From: Dehalococcoidia bacterium
GTDB taxonomy: Bacteria > Chloroflexota > Dehalococcoidia > Bin125
Assembly: GCA_022822855.1 (NCBI GenBank)
Contig: JAJDYG010000009.1
Coordinates: 32,460-96,459 of the forward strand
Direction: 5' to 3'
Length of the DNA stretch: 64,000 nt
Made by a program: the position numbers and the translations under genes. Positions within the stretch are counted from its first letter, which is position 1. Each line of letters opens with the position of its first letter. The notes below the pieces were generated by a model. That model did not search any database. It was not told the DNA's origin and saw only the letters and a program-made list of their open reading frames with translations. Below are positions 63,636-64,000 of the stretch, piece after piece.

Positions 63636-64000
63636 GATGGAGGGGTTGACAGTGGGCGAAATCGTCGTCGAGATCCATCTGGAGAATGACCGTGATCGTG
63701 CGCTCTTCGAGGAAGGGCACCTCGAGGAACGCGAAGTCCGCAGCACCAGTGTTCGGGCCATCGTTGACACAGGCGCCGTGATGTTGGCGCTGCCTGAAGA
63801 TGTAGTCGATCGGCTCGGACTTCTTCAGGTGGACACGATCGCCGCGACATTGGCCGACGGCAGCCGCTGCGAGATGCCGGTCGTCGAACGGGTTTCCGTC
63901 CACATCGGCGACCGGAGGATGTTGACTGATGCTGTCGTCATACCCACTGGAGCGGATCCGCTCGTTGGTCAGCTGATCATGGAGCGGCTCGATCTGATCG
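63636..64000 (+). CDS. Retropepsin-like (clan AA) aspartic protease, partial (3' end beyond window)
   Basis: Frame not in the ORF track. It reads ...SVRAIVDTGAVMLALPEDVVDRLGL... with a D-T-G-A active-site motif. An ATG lies at 63636 and a GTG at 63652. Confidence 0.45.

Noticed and set aside
1-64000. rRNA, tRNA, integrons, prophage or insertion sequences
   Set aside because: No rRNA- or tRNA-like conserved sequence, attC-like sites, phage structural genes or transposase genes were recognised by eye. Their absence cannot be guaranteed without a search tool.

Overview
This is a high-GC bacterial chromosomal window, densely coding on both strands, with no rRNA, tRNA, CRISPR or transposase/integrase genes recognised. 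From 63 to 12257 there are two family-5 (peptide/nickel-type) ABC import loci: SBP-SBP-permB-permC and SBP-permB-permC. The SBPs are Tat-signal lipoproteins with long Gln/Ala/Glu-rich linkers. Each DppB-like permease carries a ~230-aa periplasmic insert with LysM-like repeats. No ATPase gene is present. A fourth SBP paralog lies on the minus strand at 40598-42613. The middle of the window is a catabolic mosaic: MBL hydrolases, SDRs, Zn-ADHs, two acyl-CoA dehydrogenases, a tandem-fused family III CoA-transferase, two tandem beta-lactamase-fold esterases, luciferase-like monooxygenases, VOC proteins and a cupin. It also holds a tandem PHB-depolymerase-like esterase lipoprotein with a degenerate third copy, a 15-blade RCC1-repeat membrane protein overlapping an orphan DNA methyltransferase, and a menaquinone cluster (MenA, MenB, TetR, MenG/UbiE, geranylgeranyl reductase, PlsY). 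The last part carries IlvE, ilvB-ilvN-(810-nt gap)-ilvC, and a Panacea (DUF4065)-domain gene with an unknown upstream partner. Most notable is a DsbA/BdbD-like thiol-disulfide oxidoreductase split by an in-frame TGA exactly at the first Cys of its CxxC motif, which makes it a candidate selenoprotein (U-P-N-C) or else a pseudogene. It shares a previously unrecognised N-terminal tandem repeat module with the RCC1 protein. There is also a dispersed GC-rich palindromic hairpin repeat family, with a 28-nt core identical at two loci in opposite orientation, and a possible KamB/NpmA-like 16S rRNA methyltransferase.
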